This document shows, one piece after another, positions 42,878 through 60,731 of a DNA stretch of 64,000 nucleotides. Source of the DNA: Rhizophagus irregularis (lineage: Eukaryota); NCBI RefSeq assembly GCF_026210795.1, contig NC_089431.1:1984001-2048000 (forward strand). Reading direction: 5' to 3'. The stretch's first letter is position 1. Each line of letters starts with the position of its first letter. Below the pieces are notes generated by a model. It searched no databases, was not told where the DNA came from, and worked only from the letters and a program-made list of their open reading frames with translations. The position numbers and the translations under genes are program-made.

Positions 42878-43659
42878 AAAGATTTTATCATTTAGTCATT
42901 AGCAAAAAAAAATTAAATTTATTTGATTTATTTGGTGGTACAGCAATATTATTATTATTTTTTTCATGGCTTGAGGTGATATCTCTCTTTTCGGACGGAA
43001 ATCTTGTAAAATAAATTAAATTTTGAGATTTGTATAAGATTATATTATCTTTCAATTTATTAAAGAATTTGTTTACCATGTAAAAAGTTATCAAAGTACA
43101 TTAAGAATATTGTAAAAATGGATATCGAATATTGATAATCAACTTAATTAGAAATGAGGCGAATTTCGATCACATGATCATGAAAATCCAATAAACAAAA
43201 ACAAATGTATTAGAAAATGATCGTCATTCTCCACTGTATTACAACTTTCACACAGATCGTTTGTGGATAATGGATAATCAAAATCGTACGACTCTACTAT
43301 CTTTTTATCATCTTTTATCAGCTTTTTTGATAAACAAAAATTTTCGAATTTTACCAGTTTAGATCAACTAGATAAAATGCGAAAAAACACATATATACAT
43401 GTATTCATTTTTTTATTCAAAAAAAAATTTTTTTTTTTTAATATTCTTTTCATTCTCGAATATACTTTATTTGCTGGTAAAAAAATTTTTTTTACGCGTT
43501 TTTTTACGTGTCTTTTTACGTGTCTTTCTCATTAAAATTTTCAACTTTATGTACTTATATTTTTTTTTTTACATTTTACTCTTTTCAAAAAGGTCAAAAT
43601 TGAAATAATTTATCATAAATCATTTTGAATTCAGTACATACTAAAAGATTATAAACCAA

Positions 43660-45082
43660 ATGAATTCATTAAAATTTACCACATATTCACATTCGTTATA
43701 TTATTCAAATCGTTCAAGTAATATACTTAAAAATCAAAATACTTCGATAATACGTTCATTTTTTACCTTAATAAATACTCATAGAATATTTTTGAATAAT
43801 AATAAATCCATTTTTCTTTCTTCTCATTCAAACACTATTAATCATAAAAGATATTTTACTAATTTTTTTTTATCAAAATTTTGGACAAAAAAAACACTTA
43901 AACCTGTTCCCTCAAACCTACAGAAATTTTTTGATACATCGACATCATCAAATCTATCCATAACTGCTTTACCAGCAAATCCAACTCCAACTCCAGAACC
44001 AACAATAAAACCTATACCTATTTATACACGACTAACTTCTGTATTTCCTATTCCTAGTAAACATAATAAGTTTATACTATCTCCTGGTGGATCTGGTTTA
44101 CCAAAAAACTCTGAAAAGTTAATTTCCACGAATAATGATGAAAAATATCATAGTGTGGGTTGTGGAGAAGATAGTTTTTTTTTAAGATATGATTCTTTAG
44201 GTGTAGCTGATGGAGTTGGTGGTTGGCGTAATGTTTCTTCCTTACGTAATACTGGTAATTTAATAATTTGGTTCTGAATGAAAAAGTCATGTATCCATAC
44301 AATTTCTTTGATATTTTTAATAATGAATTTTTTTTCTTTTTGGTTTCTCGTATTACTATAATAGTTGCGAATTCAGCTTTATATGCTCGTAAATTGATGC
44401 ACTATTCGTATGCAGAACTTGAAAAGTATGACAATGTTGAAGATGAGAAGAAATATAATGATGTTAATCCTGTTGATATATTACAAGCAAGCTATAAAAA
44501 AACTATTAGCGAATTAGAATTAGAGGTAAGTTTCTAAATGACTTTCTGTATTGAAAATTTTGTAATTAAAATATTTTTTTTATCATTAAGAGAGTTATTG
44601 GATCATCAACCGCATTAATTGCAATATTACGAGATGATGAATTAAGAATAGCGAATGTAGGAGATTGTGGTATAGGTGTAATACGTTATAATGAATTTAT
44701 ATTTCGTAATGAGGAACAACAACATTCCTTCAATTATCCCTACCAATTAGGTACAGGCTCAATTATTACACCTAAAGATTCACAACAATTCACAGTTAAA
44801 ATTCAACTAGGAGATATTATAATTCTGGGTAGTGATGGTATATTTGATAACTTATTTGAGAATGATATAATTGATGAAATTAAGGATAAGGAACTTGATC
44901 CTCAAATGATAAGTGATGCTTTGGCTTGGAAAGCAAAACAAGCGAGTGTGGAAGATATTTCTTCTCCGTTTCAATATCGTGCTCATCAAGAAGGTTTACC
45001 TTATCAAGGTGGTAAAAGAGATGATATTAGTGTTCTGGTTGCTATAGTAACCGATAATAATTTGGATAGGTTAAATTGCTAA
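43660..45082 (+). CDS. PTC7: PTC7-type PP2C phosphatase with mitochondrial-targeting-like N-terminus (3 exons)
   Basis: GEDSFF, LGVADGVGGW, GSSTA, ANVGDCG, QQHSFNYPYQL, GSDGIFDNLF, GGKRDDISV. Confidence 0.9.
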
Positions 45083-45394
45083 TTTATATTATATATGTGC
45101 AACACCCATATAAGTTTAAAAAATTATGCTAAGCAAAGAATACCATCAAAAATTTATTATCATTATTAAATACTTGAAATATGTGAAGATTAACGGACTA
45201 TATAAGCATTTCTTTTTCATAAAATCAAATTTTATTATCATAGAATTGAAATTTATGTAATATATATAACATTGTAATATTATCAGAAATGATTTTTTTT
45301 TACAAGTTAATAAATACTCAAAAGTGAAAACTCCATAAATGTAATCTTATAATCTTTCTAATAATTATATTTAGACTTTTTAAATAAACATAAA

Positions 45395-49348
<3,954 letters not shown>

Positions 49349-49867
49349 TATTGGAGATCTTAAAATAAAAAAGCACTTTTTATGTTTCTCGAGATATTCA
49401 ACTTAAAGCTTGATGACTCAGCATGTTACACTTGTATCCATAAATATAAATAGATAATTTATCACCCCGCGTGATAGATTTGTATCATGTAGGTCTGCAG
49501 GTCACCCTTTTTTTTTGTGGGGGATATTCACAAGACGGGATATATTCAATTTTAGTCTAAAAGTTTAATAACAAAAAATTCGGATTTTTTTTTCTTTACA
49601 TACACGCACAGAAACAAGATCTATGATGCATGTTTTTTTATTTTATAACACATTGATACAACAAAAGATAAAGAATATAATTCCCAAGAAACAGTCTATG
49701 TTTAAAGGGGTAAAAAAAATAAAGCAAAGTATAATTTTATACGAGAAGTAAAAAAAAAATTACTAAAATAAGCTTATGCGAATTAATTGTAAAAAATTAC
49801 TATAAAGAGTAAAATGACACGAATATATCAAGAAATCATGAGCATCCAAATATCAGGGTTTATAAAT

Positions 49868-50599
<732 letters not shown>

Positions 50600-51084
50600 A
50601 TTTTATAGGTTAGCGTGTTATTAATGAGTTGGTTATTTTATAGTTTTGTAATATAAAAGTATTGGAAAATTTTCTTTGAAAAGTATTTTTTTATACTTAA
50701 TGATGGGAAAAAAATTCAGAGACCACCAAAAAATGGCTGGAAAAAGGAAAAATAGGGATATATGTGAGAAAGTGAGCAGATGACGTAAATGACGTCGGAT
50801 ATCGGAGTCAGTTGTCAATTACCACACTATAAATATTTTTATTATTATTATAAATAATAAATACTTCATAAACTTTTCCAATTAGATAAGCAAGCCCGAC
50901 TTTTGTCATGTGATAAATAGAGTGACGCGAAGTGACAAATTGCTTATATTATCACATGATTATTACGTGTAACTATTAGGTGACATGAGAAGTTGAACAA
51001 ACCATAATTTAATTTGATTTGGAAATAGGCCACCTACATAAGTTTATTTATTAGGCATCAAATTTCAAATTTTTAAATATAAAA

Positions 51085-51449
51085 ATGCCGACTGAATACC
51101 AACTTCTTTCTCTAAATGAAACTAATTCAAATCATTCTGATGAAGGTTCTAACATAATACCCATGGTTACAAGAGGCGCATTCGCAATGCCTAGAAGTTC
51201 TATAAGTCTTCAGGAACTTAGAGCTCCGATTCCATGGTATTTAGACTCTTGCAAATTGACCAAAGTGTGGACTACATTTAGTTATTCTGAGTATTATAAA
51301 ACATCTATCCTCAACATTATTAATTCTTTTTTTGTTTATTGAATATATAGATTGTGATTTTTATTGTTATATCATCCTGGGTAATATTAGTTATTTGGCA
51401 AGTATTACGGTTGGGAATTTCGCAGTCAATTACTTACGAGGAGGAATAA
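51085..51449 (+). CDS. Small single-TM hypothetical protein (~92 aa, 2 exons)
   Basis: ATG in AAAAATG context; intron 51265-51350 links to hydrophobic IVIFIVISSWVILVIWQVL ending YEEE*. Confidence 0.55.
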
Positions 51450-51828
51450 ATATTATACACGAGAAAAAAATATTAAAGATATAAGACGAATATTAAGTAT
51501 AGAATAGTTAAAGCATAAATTTATTATTTATCTTCAATAATCCTAATTTTCGCAACCATAGTAATGTATTTTTTTACGAATAAAAGAATTTTTTTTTAAC
51601 GTTTTAATGCTGTAGAATGGTCTTCACAAGTAGAATTAAGATCGACTTCTGTGACACTTATCTGCTTCATCTTGCATGTTTTCATCGAGAAAAAATTTTT
51701 TTAGATCTTCATATTTGATTTTAAGACTTTTGCGTGTTTTCACTTTTAGTGAGTTCATTATAATTTTTTTTTTTCTTGTCATTTCTTTTTCTTGCTTATG
51801 ATAATAGTGAAATTTTTATTACAGTATA

Positions 51829-52866
51829 ATGTCTGCCCCAATTCCAGCTACTTATTCAGACATTGGCAAATCTGCTAGCGATCTATTTGGCAAGGACTTC
51901 CCGGTCGGCTCATTTAAGCTCGAGTCTAAAACTACTGCCCCCAATGGTGTGGTAAGACCACAACGAACCATTCATACTTTAAAATTTTCGTTTATGAATA
52001 CTATAATCGAGTAAACAGTTAAATTCAAAATTCCAATTTCTCCTTTAGTCTTTCACCCTTACTGGCCTGAAAGACACGAAGAGCGGCAATATTAATGGAG
52101 AACTTAAATCTAAATATTATTATCCAAAGAGAGGTGGAACGTTTACTGGAAGTTGGACTACAAGTAACATATTAAATGGACAAGTTGAACTTGAAAATAG
52201 TCTTGCAAAAGGTCTTAAATTAGATTTAGTTGCTAACATTCAACCGGCAAGTGGAAATAGAAATGTTAGAGGAGGTTTCACTTTTAAACAACCAGGGCTT
52301 CATACAAAGGTTTATCTTGATGCTCTTAAAGGCCCTACTTTCCAAGGAGATATCGTAGTTGGCCATGAAGGATTTCTTATTGGTTCGGAGGGTTGTTATG
52401 ACGTTTTGGAAGGAAAACTAACCCGTTATGGTGTTACGGCGGGTTATACTCATCCTGAATATAACGTTGCCCTTCGCGTAACTAATTCATTGTCTGCTTA
52501 TACTCTTTTATATTATCATCGTGTGAGCTCTGAAATTGAAGCCGGTGCTAAGGCTCATTGGGATAGCCAAACGAATAATCCTTCAGTTAATTTGGAGTTT
52601 GGTGCCAAATATTTCTTGGATCGTGATGCTTTTATCAAAGTATTATTTCTTCTAATTTCTTTTTTCTTTTTTTTCTTTTTTTCTTAGTGAAGTAATATAT
52701 ATTGATTTGTTTATAGGGTAAAGTTGATAGTACTGGTAAAGTTGGTATTGGATACACACAAGCACTCCGTCCTGGCGTTAAGATCTCATTGGGAGGAAGC
52801 ATTGACACGTCTCGTTTGAATGAAAATGCACATCGTTTCGGCATTTCTATTAATTTAGAATCTTAA
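51829..52866 (+). CDS. POR1: Mitochondrial outer-membrane porin VDAC (3 exons)
   Basis: PATYSDIGKSASDLFGKDF, KTTAPNGV, LEFGAKYFLD, GYTQALRPGVK. Confidence 0.95.
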
Positions 52867-53141
52867 TATGTTGGTCTAAATTTGTATGTATTACATTCAA
52901 TTGAAACATTAACATTTAATCTGTTTTGCTTATACAAATTCACTTTTATTTTGTAGCAAATTTTGACTTTCAAATTGCTAAAAAATATATAATATATAAT
53001 TTTGCGTTATAATCACCGGTATACATATATTTGTTAAATAATTTTAAATTATTAAAGAATTTAAAGAATATATGCATAACCTATCTTTTACCTTATTGTT
53101 ATATTGTATTTTTTGTGTTCCATAATCTCTTTCTTACCTTT

Positions 53142-55216
53142 TCAGACACGACAAATATAACTTTCTGATATGGTAAAATATCTAACCCAACGCTGGGGAG
53201 GTATTGACTTATTTTTTTCGTAAACTTTTAATTTTCGGATTTGAATATTAGAACAAGTGTAATTTGGAATATCAAATTCAAGACTATTAAATGGGTTCAA
53301 TTATTAGTTTAATTTTGAAGAGAGATACACGTATTATTAATGTTATAGTAACTTTACCTAATAGGTCCTATTTCCAGCTCTGCTACAGCAGAAAATGAAG
53401 TAGCCCCTGTAATCTATAAAATAATGGTAATATTAGTTGTCGATATATTATAAGATTAAGAGTACTTCAAAGCTACCTTGACTTTTATTGATTGTTCTGT
53501 GCCACCTTTTAAATTATTAATAGTCCATATGATGTTTTTGATTCGATTATCATATTGGAATGATTGCTCATTCGAATCATCCGTATTTTCGTTCGAGACA
53601 CTAACAAAAATATAAGGTTCAGATTAAAGTGAACATAACTTTATTAAACTTTATTAAACAGAAGCTTTAAATAAATACCTCTGTGTTACGCGAGGTAAAG
53701 GTACAGTTAGCGTACATTTACTCACGAACTTATCTTCCGGAATATCAGCTCGAATTTTAATAGTGATGTCCATTCTATTTGGACATCTTGGGTCACGCAG
53801 AAGAATTGGGAAAATTCGAAATGGTAAACTAACGTCACTAGATATCCGATAACTTGAAGTATTTAAATTTATTAACCATTGGATAATGAGGATAAAAATA
53901 AATGTAATAGATAAAATATGTTACTTCATAATTGTAGTCTCTCCTTCTGGTGGAAAAATGACCATTCGCCTATATTCATTAAAATCTTGATAATAATTGT
54001 TGCTACTTAATTAAGACTAAAATATATAATATCAAAAAATTAAAAATATAACAAAATCTACCTGTAGGATCCACCGAATCATGGAACTTATAATCATCAA
54101 ACACGATCCCATACTTGTCACCTATGTTTTCGGTAAGAAATGTTTATTATTGTATATGAAATTATGTTTAGGAACTTTTTTCTCTTACTTGATATATCTT
54201 TGTCTCTTCCAAGTACAATATTGGAATTTAGTCCCAATCGAATTTCAGGATTTCCTTGCAAATAACTCTTAATTTGAATTGATCCATTAATTTCTGCTCG
54301 TACTGTCATTCCCTAATTTAAATTTGTTGAATATATCAGCAAATACTTATATTCATATTTAAAGTTCTAAAAGAATAACTTACATTAGATGCAAAAGAAG
54401 CAACAAGTTGTTCAATCATGTCAATGTAGACTTCATTTTGTTTAGAACTTCTTTCATCACGTGAATGCACAATTGGTCTATTTCTTGAAGACCCTAAGTT
54501 TGTCCCCGGGGCTTTTAACTGAAAATTCGATTCGAGTTATTATATTATTATATATTATAATTAGAGAAATATTAAATTCAACCTTGGCTAACGAATTAAT
54601 GATTATATTTTCGCGTTTAACCGGTACTGGATCTTCATATACGTAAGATTTCAATTGATCGGTCAAGGTTGTCTGAACATATCCGTAATCCTAAAAAAAA
54701 AGAAACTTTTGTTATCAGGATAAATTAAGTTCAAGAAAGGTAGAATTGCACTTACAATTATTTCGTCGAGTAATTCGTAAACTAAACTAGAATTTAATCG
54801 TAAACATTCCTCGCTTAAAATTCCACAAAAGTCCTTTATCAAAGTTGCGATACGTCCAAGTAATTCATAGATCATAAAAGGCGAAACATTAAACTTTGTA
54901 GTGCAAACAAAATAAAGCCCTTGTATATTTGTAAAAAGAAAATTAACACCGTCAACATTAAATATTGGAGGCGGGTCTAGTTCGGCTCCATGGTTTTTTT
55001 GCCAGGTTTTTAATTTATCGAGAAGAAGGTCAGGTACATCTCGAGGAGTATCGTGTCGGTCTTTTTGTTTTTCAGACCAAAAAACGAAATATTGCGAATC
55101 AATTTAAAAAAATACGTCCATAGGTTATTGTAACGAAATTCATAGAAAAACTCACAATCGCGAAATATAAGTGTGTCGCCTCGCTGAGGAGATAAAATAA
55201 AAAATTGTGAAATCAT
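53142..55216 (-). CDS. AP4M1: Adaptor complex AP-4 mu subunit (multi-exon)
   Basis: MISQFFILSPQRGDTLIFRD, PPIFNVDGVNF, TTKFNVSP, LIKDFCGILSEE are AP-4 mu-like; NEVYIDMIE, IKSYLQGNPEIRLGLN, C-terminal RWVRY...SYICRV*. Confidence 0.85.
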
Positions 55217-55418
55217 TTCACTAAATTAACGTAATTAATAACTAATAATTTAAGGATAATAATTTAATTTTTTCAATTAAATTCTGATTGGCTCGATAAT
55301 TTTCCGATATTGGATCTACATTTTTACGGGTTTGTGTAACCTTTCTAAGTTTTGACATTGCCACCAAAAAAATTGTATTTTTATTCTTATTTTTCGATAG
55401 ATCAGTTCGACCTTAAAG

Positions 55419-56320
55419 ATGGGAGTAAGTAGTAAAAGCTTAAAATTATTTTATACTTTTCGACAGATTTATCAAATCACTGAAATTTTTTAACTATTTT
55501 TTTATAAAAGATTAAATACGTGTTATTAGTAAGTCGACAAGGGAAAGTACGTCTTGCAAAGTGGTTTAATACTCTCTCACCAAAAGAAAAGCAAAAAATC
55601 ATTAAAGAAGTTACACAAATGGTACTTTCAAGACGTACAAAAATGTGTAATTTTTTAGAATATAAAGGTTAGGTGCTTTAATTTTAATTTATTTATTAAC
55701 TTTGTATCAAATTTGTTATTAAAATTTATTCGATTGGACAAATAACATGAATTCTGTTCGTAGATGAAAAAATTGTATATCGAAGGTATTATCGAATAAT
55801 AATTCAGTACTAATTCCGCTTATAAATAGGTATTTTAGTATTTAATTTAATCCAATTTTCTTTTTCAATTAATTTAGATATGCAAGTTTATTTTTCGTTA
55901 CGGGTATTTCGGCCACCGATAATGAACTTATAACACTTGAGATTATTCATCGTTATGTTGAAATCCTAGATCGATATTTTGGAAATGTATGCTTTCAGAA
56001 ATAAATTATTTATATCTTTGACCTTTTTGATCTAATAAACTTCTTTAATTCTTATTATGTTAGGTTTGTGAACTTGATTTGATTTTTAATTTCCAAAAGG
56101 TAAATAATTTATTGTTTATTTCGTTTCGATTCTTGTTATTCTTGTTTTTTAAACAAAATTTTTATTAAATTGTTATGAAAAGGCATATTTTGTTTTGGAT
56201 GAATTGATTATTGCAGGAGAAATGCAAGAATCCAGCAAAAAATCTGTATTAAAAGTTGTCAGTCAACAAGATCAGCTTGAAGAGGGAGAGAATAGTGAAA
56301 AGGGATGGCCAGAAAAGTAA
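55419..56320 (+). CDS. APS1: Adaptor complex AP-1 sigma subunit (6 exons)
   Basis: [73 protein letters not shown]. Confidence 0.93.
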
Positions 56321-56874
56321 TTTAATAATTTCTCGTTAAAGAAACAAACTTAATGCATACTAGTTAATATTTATTATTATTAGATGATTGATTTATTTTA
56401 ACTGGGCTACTAATAGCTTTAGATATATATATTTTTTAATTAATTTTTTTTTTGTAATTTATTTTCCTTCTATTAAAGAAAAATATTATCACATTATCAC
56501 TTTTGCTATGTTTATCGTTATATGAAGGGAAGATTCTCACATACGTTTCACACGCATTTTACCAGTTTCGTCATAACAGAGATACCAAAAATGGATTAAG
56601 TATTAGAGGTACTATTGCCCTACAAATTGATTTTCTAACACGCGTTGATGCTTATCACAAGAGTCACGCGAACATTTACTAATAGTGATCTTTTTCCTTT
56701 AATCTATCCATAAGCCACAAAAACAAAAAGCCCCAAACAAAATAAAAAAAAAATGAAAATTTCCGTTTGTAATATATACGCAGCCTCATAAATTCTGTTC
56801 TCTCACCTCTTTGCGTTTTCAACTTTATTAATAATATTAATAAATGTCGGAATTTGAAAATTCCGACCTTAAAT

Positions 56875-57543
56875 ATGCTTTATTTTACGAGTGGTAAAAT
56901 ATTTCATTAGTTACTCTGACAAAAATTTTAATTCGATATATTGAATTTCTTTTACTCGAAATGAACAGATTTGTCGAAAGTTGTAATTTTATTTTCAGGG
57001 TTCCAAGTTACCTCATTTCATACTTTTGTATTAGCAACTTTATTCGTTATCTCATTATGTTGGTGTGAGAGACTTTTTACTTATTATTATGAGAATGCAG
57101 GATATGAAAAAGGTCAGAAAAGATTTAAAAGGGTTGTAATAAGGACATTTACTTATGCAGGGTTAACAATTTTGAGATTTTTTTATATGCTATTAATAAT
57201 GTCGATGAATTCACAAATATTTATTGTGGTGGTAACTGGATTGACAACCGGACAATTGATCGTAGAATACGTATGTTCCATTTCGTAAGTAATCGAATGA
57301 ATCTTTTTTTTTTTAAAAAAAAAACTTACGTTATATTGTTTTGTTAGTGTTTATTCGACGCATCAACTTGTTCCAATTTCGCAAGATGATGATCTCCCAA
57401 CTTTAGCCAACAAACTCGATGATGAACTTGAGCTCCAACCTCAAAGCTTAATAATCGAAAATGTAAACAGCGATGATGAATATGATTATCAAATACACAA
57501 CGATATCGTAAAATACGAGCAGCAAAGTCTCGTTAATAAATGA
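56875..57543 (+). CDS. Ctr-family copper transporter (short N-terminus, Ctr2-like), 3 exons
   Basis: MLYFTS|DLSKVVILFSGFQVTS (intron 56894-56968), MxxxM motif MLLIMSMN followed by GxxxG (GLTTG). Confidence 0.75.
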
Positions 57544-58226
57544 AACATATTCGATATTCAACAGATCTCGTAAAAAAGTACTAAACAATATTTGTGTTTA
57601 CTTAAATAAATTAGTTTACTGCCGAGTATATGATATTTAATGGCGCAGTTTTGTGTTTGAAAATTCTTATTAAGCGTAACAATAGTGTATCAATATTTGA
57701 TGCACTAAACTGAATTTAGCATGTTGTCGTTCGAACAAATTAGGTGGCTTTCAGCCAACGCAAGCATATCTTTGTTCCAAAACCATTGTTTGAAATGCCA
57801 ATCAAAAGTATTATGGAGAAACATTTAAATTGTAGTACATACTCAGATTGTACTCTACTCAATGAATAAGAACCTCATGATGATTGTCTCACAACTAAAT
57901 AACGTAATTTTATTTGTGACAGTAAATTACTAAACTTGGCAAAAAGTTTTTCACAATTATCCAATTGTTGGGGTAATTTGATTTGTAAGCCAATATAATA
58001 AAATAATACTACAAATGATGGGAAAAAGCTTATGCAGAACAATTTTAAGCTAAGCCATTGCAAAGAGGGTTCATCCCTGTTTTTCAACAAATTTTTCAGG
58101 TATATAGAGACATCATTTTTCCCCTCCATAAAAAAAAAAAAAAATATATTCGAAAACTAGTTTCTTTGGTCGATAAAATTTTTTGCTCCATTACACCACC
58201 ACTTCATAAAGTTCTTTACGTTTATA

Positions 58227-59167
58227 ATGTCCGTCAAATTATTTGTTGGTGGTCTGTCTTGGGGTACTGATGACCGTACTCTTAGGTCCAAGTTTGAAGA
58301 ATATGGCACCGTTGAAGACGCCGTGGTTATTCGTGATCGCGACACTGGTAAGATGAAAATCTTGTGATAATAGCTAGATAGTTTTTTCCAATTTTTTTGT
58401 TGTTTTTGAGCGAACAGAAGAGTACAGAGTTGAGCTCCTTGTCAATTTCGCGAGACTCCCAAAGCATTTTTTTTGTTTTGGAATAATCTCGATAGCGAAT
58501 TAAAGGATGCTAACCTTTTTTGTCTTCCTTTCCCCCTCACCTCACGTGTCTTGTGTTGTTGCCTCACAAACAGGATGATACTTTGTTTGTGTTTTTGTGT
58601 GTGTGTGTAAAAATAATCAATATATTGTGTTCCACCAACCCTTTTATTATCCACCCCGTTATCTATAATTATGTTCGTTTTGTTCTGGTTACCTTTCGTA
58701 AATTCCTGCAATTTAAAAGGTCGTAGTCGTGGTTTCGGTTTTGTTACCTTCGCAAGGTAGATTTATTTTATTTTTCTGCACGTTGATTAAGCATGAAAAT
58801 TCTGCGATTCTAAGGGTTTTTCTTTTTTTTTTTAGTAATGAGGAAGCTGAAATTGCTATCCAAAACTTGAATGACGCAGAATTTGATGGCCGTAATATCA
58901 AAGGTATACATAAATTCTTATTAATCAATCCCCACAATAATCTCTTCACAAGTATTTATAATTTTATAATCTTGGTTTTCGAAAATAGTTGACCGTGCTG
59001 CTGAACGCTCTTCACCTGCTCCACGCTCAGGCGGTGGTGGTTACGGAGGCGGTGGTGGTTACGGAGGCGGCGGCGGCTATGGAGGCGGCGGTCGTGGTGG
59101 TGGTCGTGGTCGTCGTGGTGGCGGCGGCGGCGGCTATGGTGGTGGTGGTTACAATAACCGTTACTAA
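58227..59167 (+). CDS. Glycine-rich RRM RNA-binding protein (GRP/CIRBP-like), 4 exons
   Basis: RNP2 KLFVGGL, RNP1 RSRGFGFVTF, DGRNIKVDRA, GGY/RGG tail. Confidence 0.93.
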
Positions 59168-59809
59168 AATAAATGAGATTTTATTGCAATCTCGCTCTTA
59201 TAATGATTGCCATCTTTATTTTCTTTTTTACCTTTATTAATATTTTATCCCCCCTCTCATTGCTATTATTTTGTTATTCAAAAAAAAAGGTTCGAGTGTC
59301 CGTCTTAGAAATTTTCCTAGTTCTGAATTATATATTGTTTTGATCTTTTATTCCTAAAGAAATTTTAACGCGATCGAATTCATTTGTTTTATAATCTGTA
59401 TTCACTCTGTGTGTTCTGCTCTTTTTTTTGTGTTTTATTCCATTATATATAATTTTTTTTTCTTTTTCCTTCTCTTTTATGTTCCTTTTGATAAGGACAA
59501 AAAAAAAAGTTAATGACAGATATTTGATTCGTTTTGCTACTACTTTTAGTCTAGGTTCGCACTTTTTGGTTTTTTTGTTAGAAAAAAGAACCGAAAACTT
59601 GTATATTTTTAGTGCTTTGTACTTTTGTGTTAGTTTCTTTACAACTTGTACATATTTTAGACGTGACGTTCATGATTTTAAAAAAAAAAAAAAATCTTTT
59701 GAATAAAATATATAAATATCTTTTTCATTTGAATTTTACATTTTATGAGAATTGAATAACACTACTATGTTGGTAATGTGTTTTTTGCCTATCACACGCT
59801 ATATAATTT

Positions 59810-60561
59810 TCATAAATTTCTAATTTCTTTGTACTTTCCTTCGTTTATACAAAGATTTAATGCTTTTCTTGGATCATCCTGTTTAGGCTTTATGATTGCA
59901 ATATAACCGTCTGTAAATGGCTATAATACGAATGAATTAAATATTGATCAATCAAAAAAGCAAAATTTAAAGTAACTTCTAATACCTTTTTCTGTAACAT
60001 ATCAACGTCAAGTTTTATATTAAAATCGATCACCCAACCAACAACACCTGCTTTAATACTATAATTTTTTCCTTCTTCCGTTGTGATAACACAAATTTCG
60101 CTTTTTGCCGAAAGTGGGATTTGTCTTTTTTTACTAATTGATTGAGATACTTTTTCATCAAATTTTATTGATTTCACTTTTTGGGATTGTAATAATAAAG
60201 GATGTGTCGGCGCTAAACCAATAACACACAGCCTATTTATTTATCAAGAAACGAATTAATGTGACGTGCATTTTTTTTTCTTTGTTTTTAAAAAAAAAGT
60301 TAATACTTATTGGGAGCTTGATAAATATAAAAATCTTCGGTAGTGTTTTCACCTAATAAATTTATTTGAGTATTTATTGTTAGTATGGTTGAAACTTTTA
60401 TTCTTTAATCGAATATTATTTATTTATTTACTTGAATCAATAAGAAAGTTCTTTGTATAATATTGTTCCAAATACGCTAAAGAATTCTTCTCATATTTTT
60501 CGCTGATTTTTTTGTATAGACTTAAATCATATTTAGGGCTAATTAAAGATTCCGAATTCAT
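59810..60561 (-). CDS. FAM206A/Abitram (Simiate)-like protein, 4 exons
   Basis: LEQYY, APN-LCVIGLAPTHP, YSIKAGVVGWVIDFN, PFTDGYIAII match the family pattern. Confidence 0.75.
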
Positions 60562-60731
60562 TTTTTTTTTAAAAAAAAAAAACTTCGAGTTACGAGAATC
60601 CACAATATAAATGAATTGATGATGTATATGTATGTACTACGATCTGTGTAACCTCCATCAGCCATAGATATATACCACTTATATACCTCCAAAAGAAGGA
60701 ACTGGTAGTTTAGAGATCAACAAGAGAAGCT

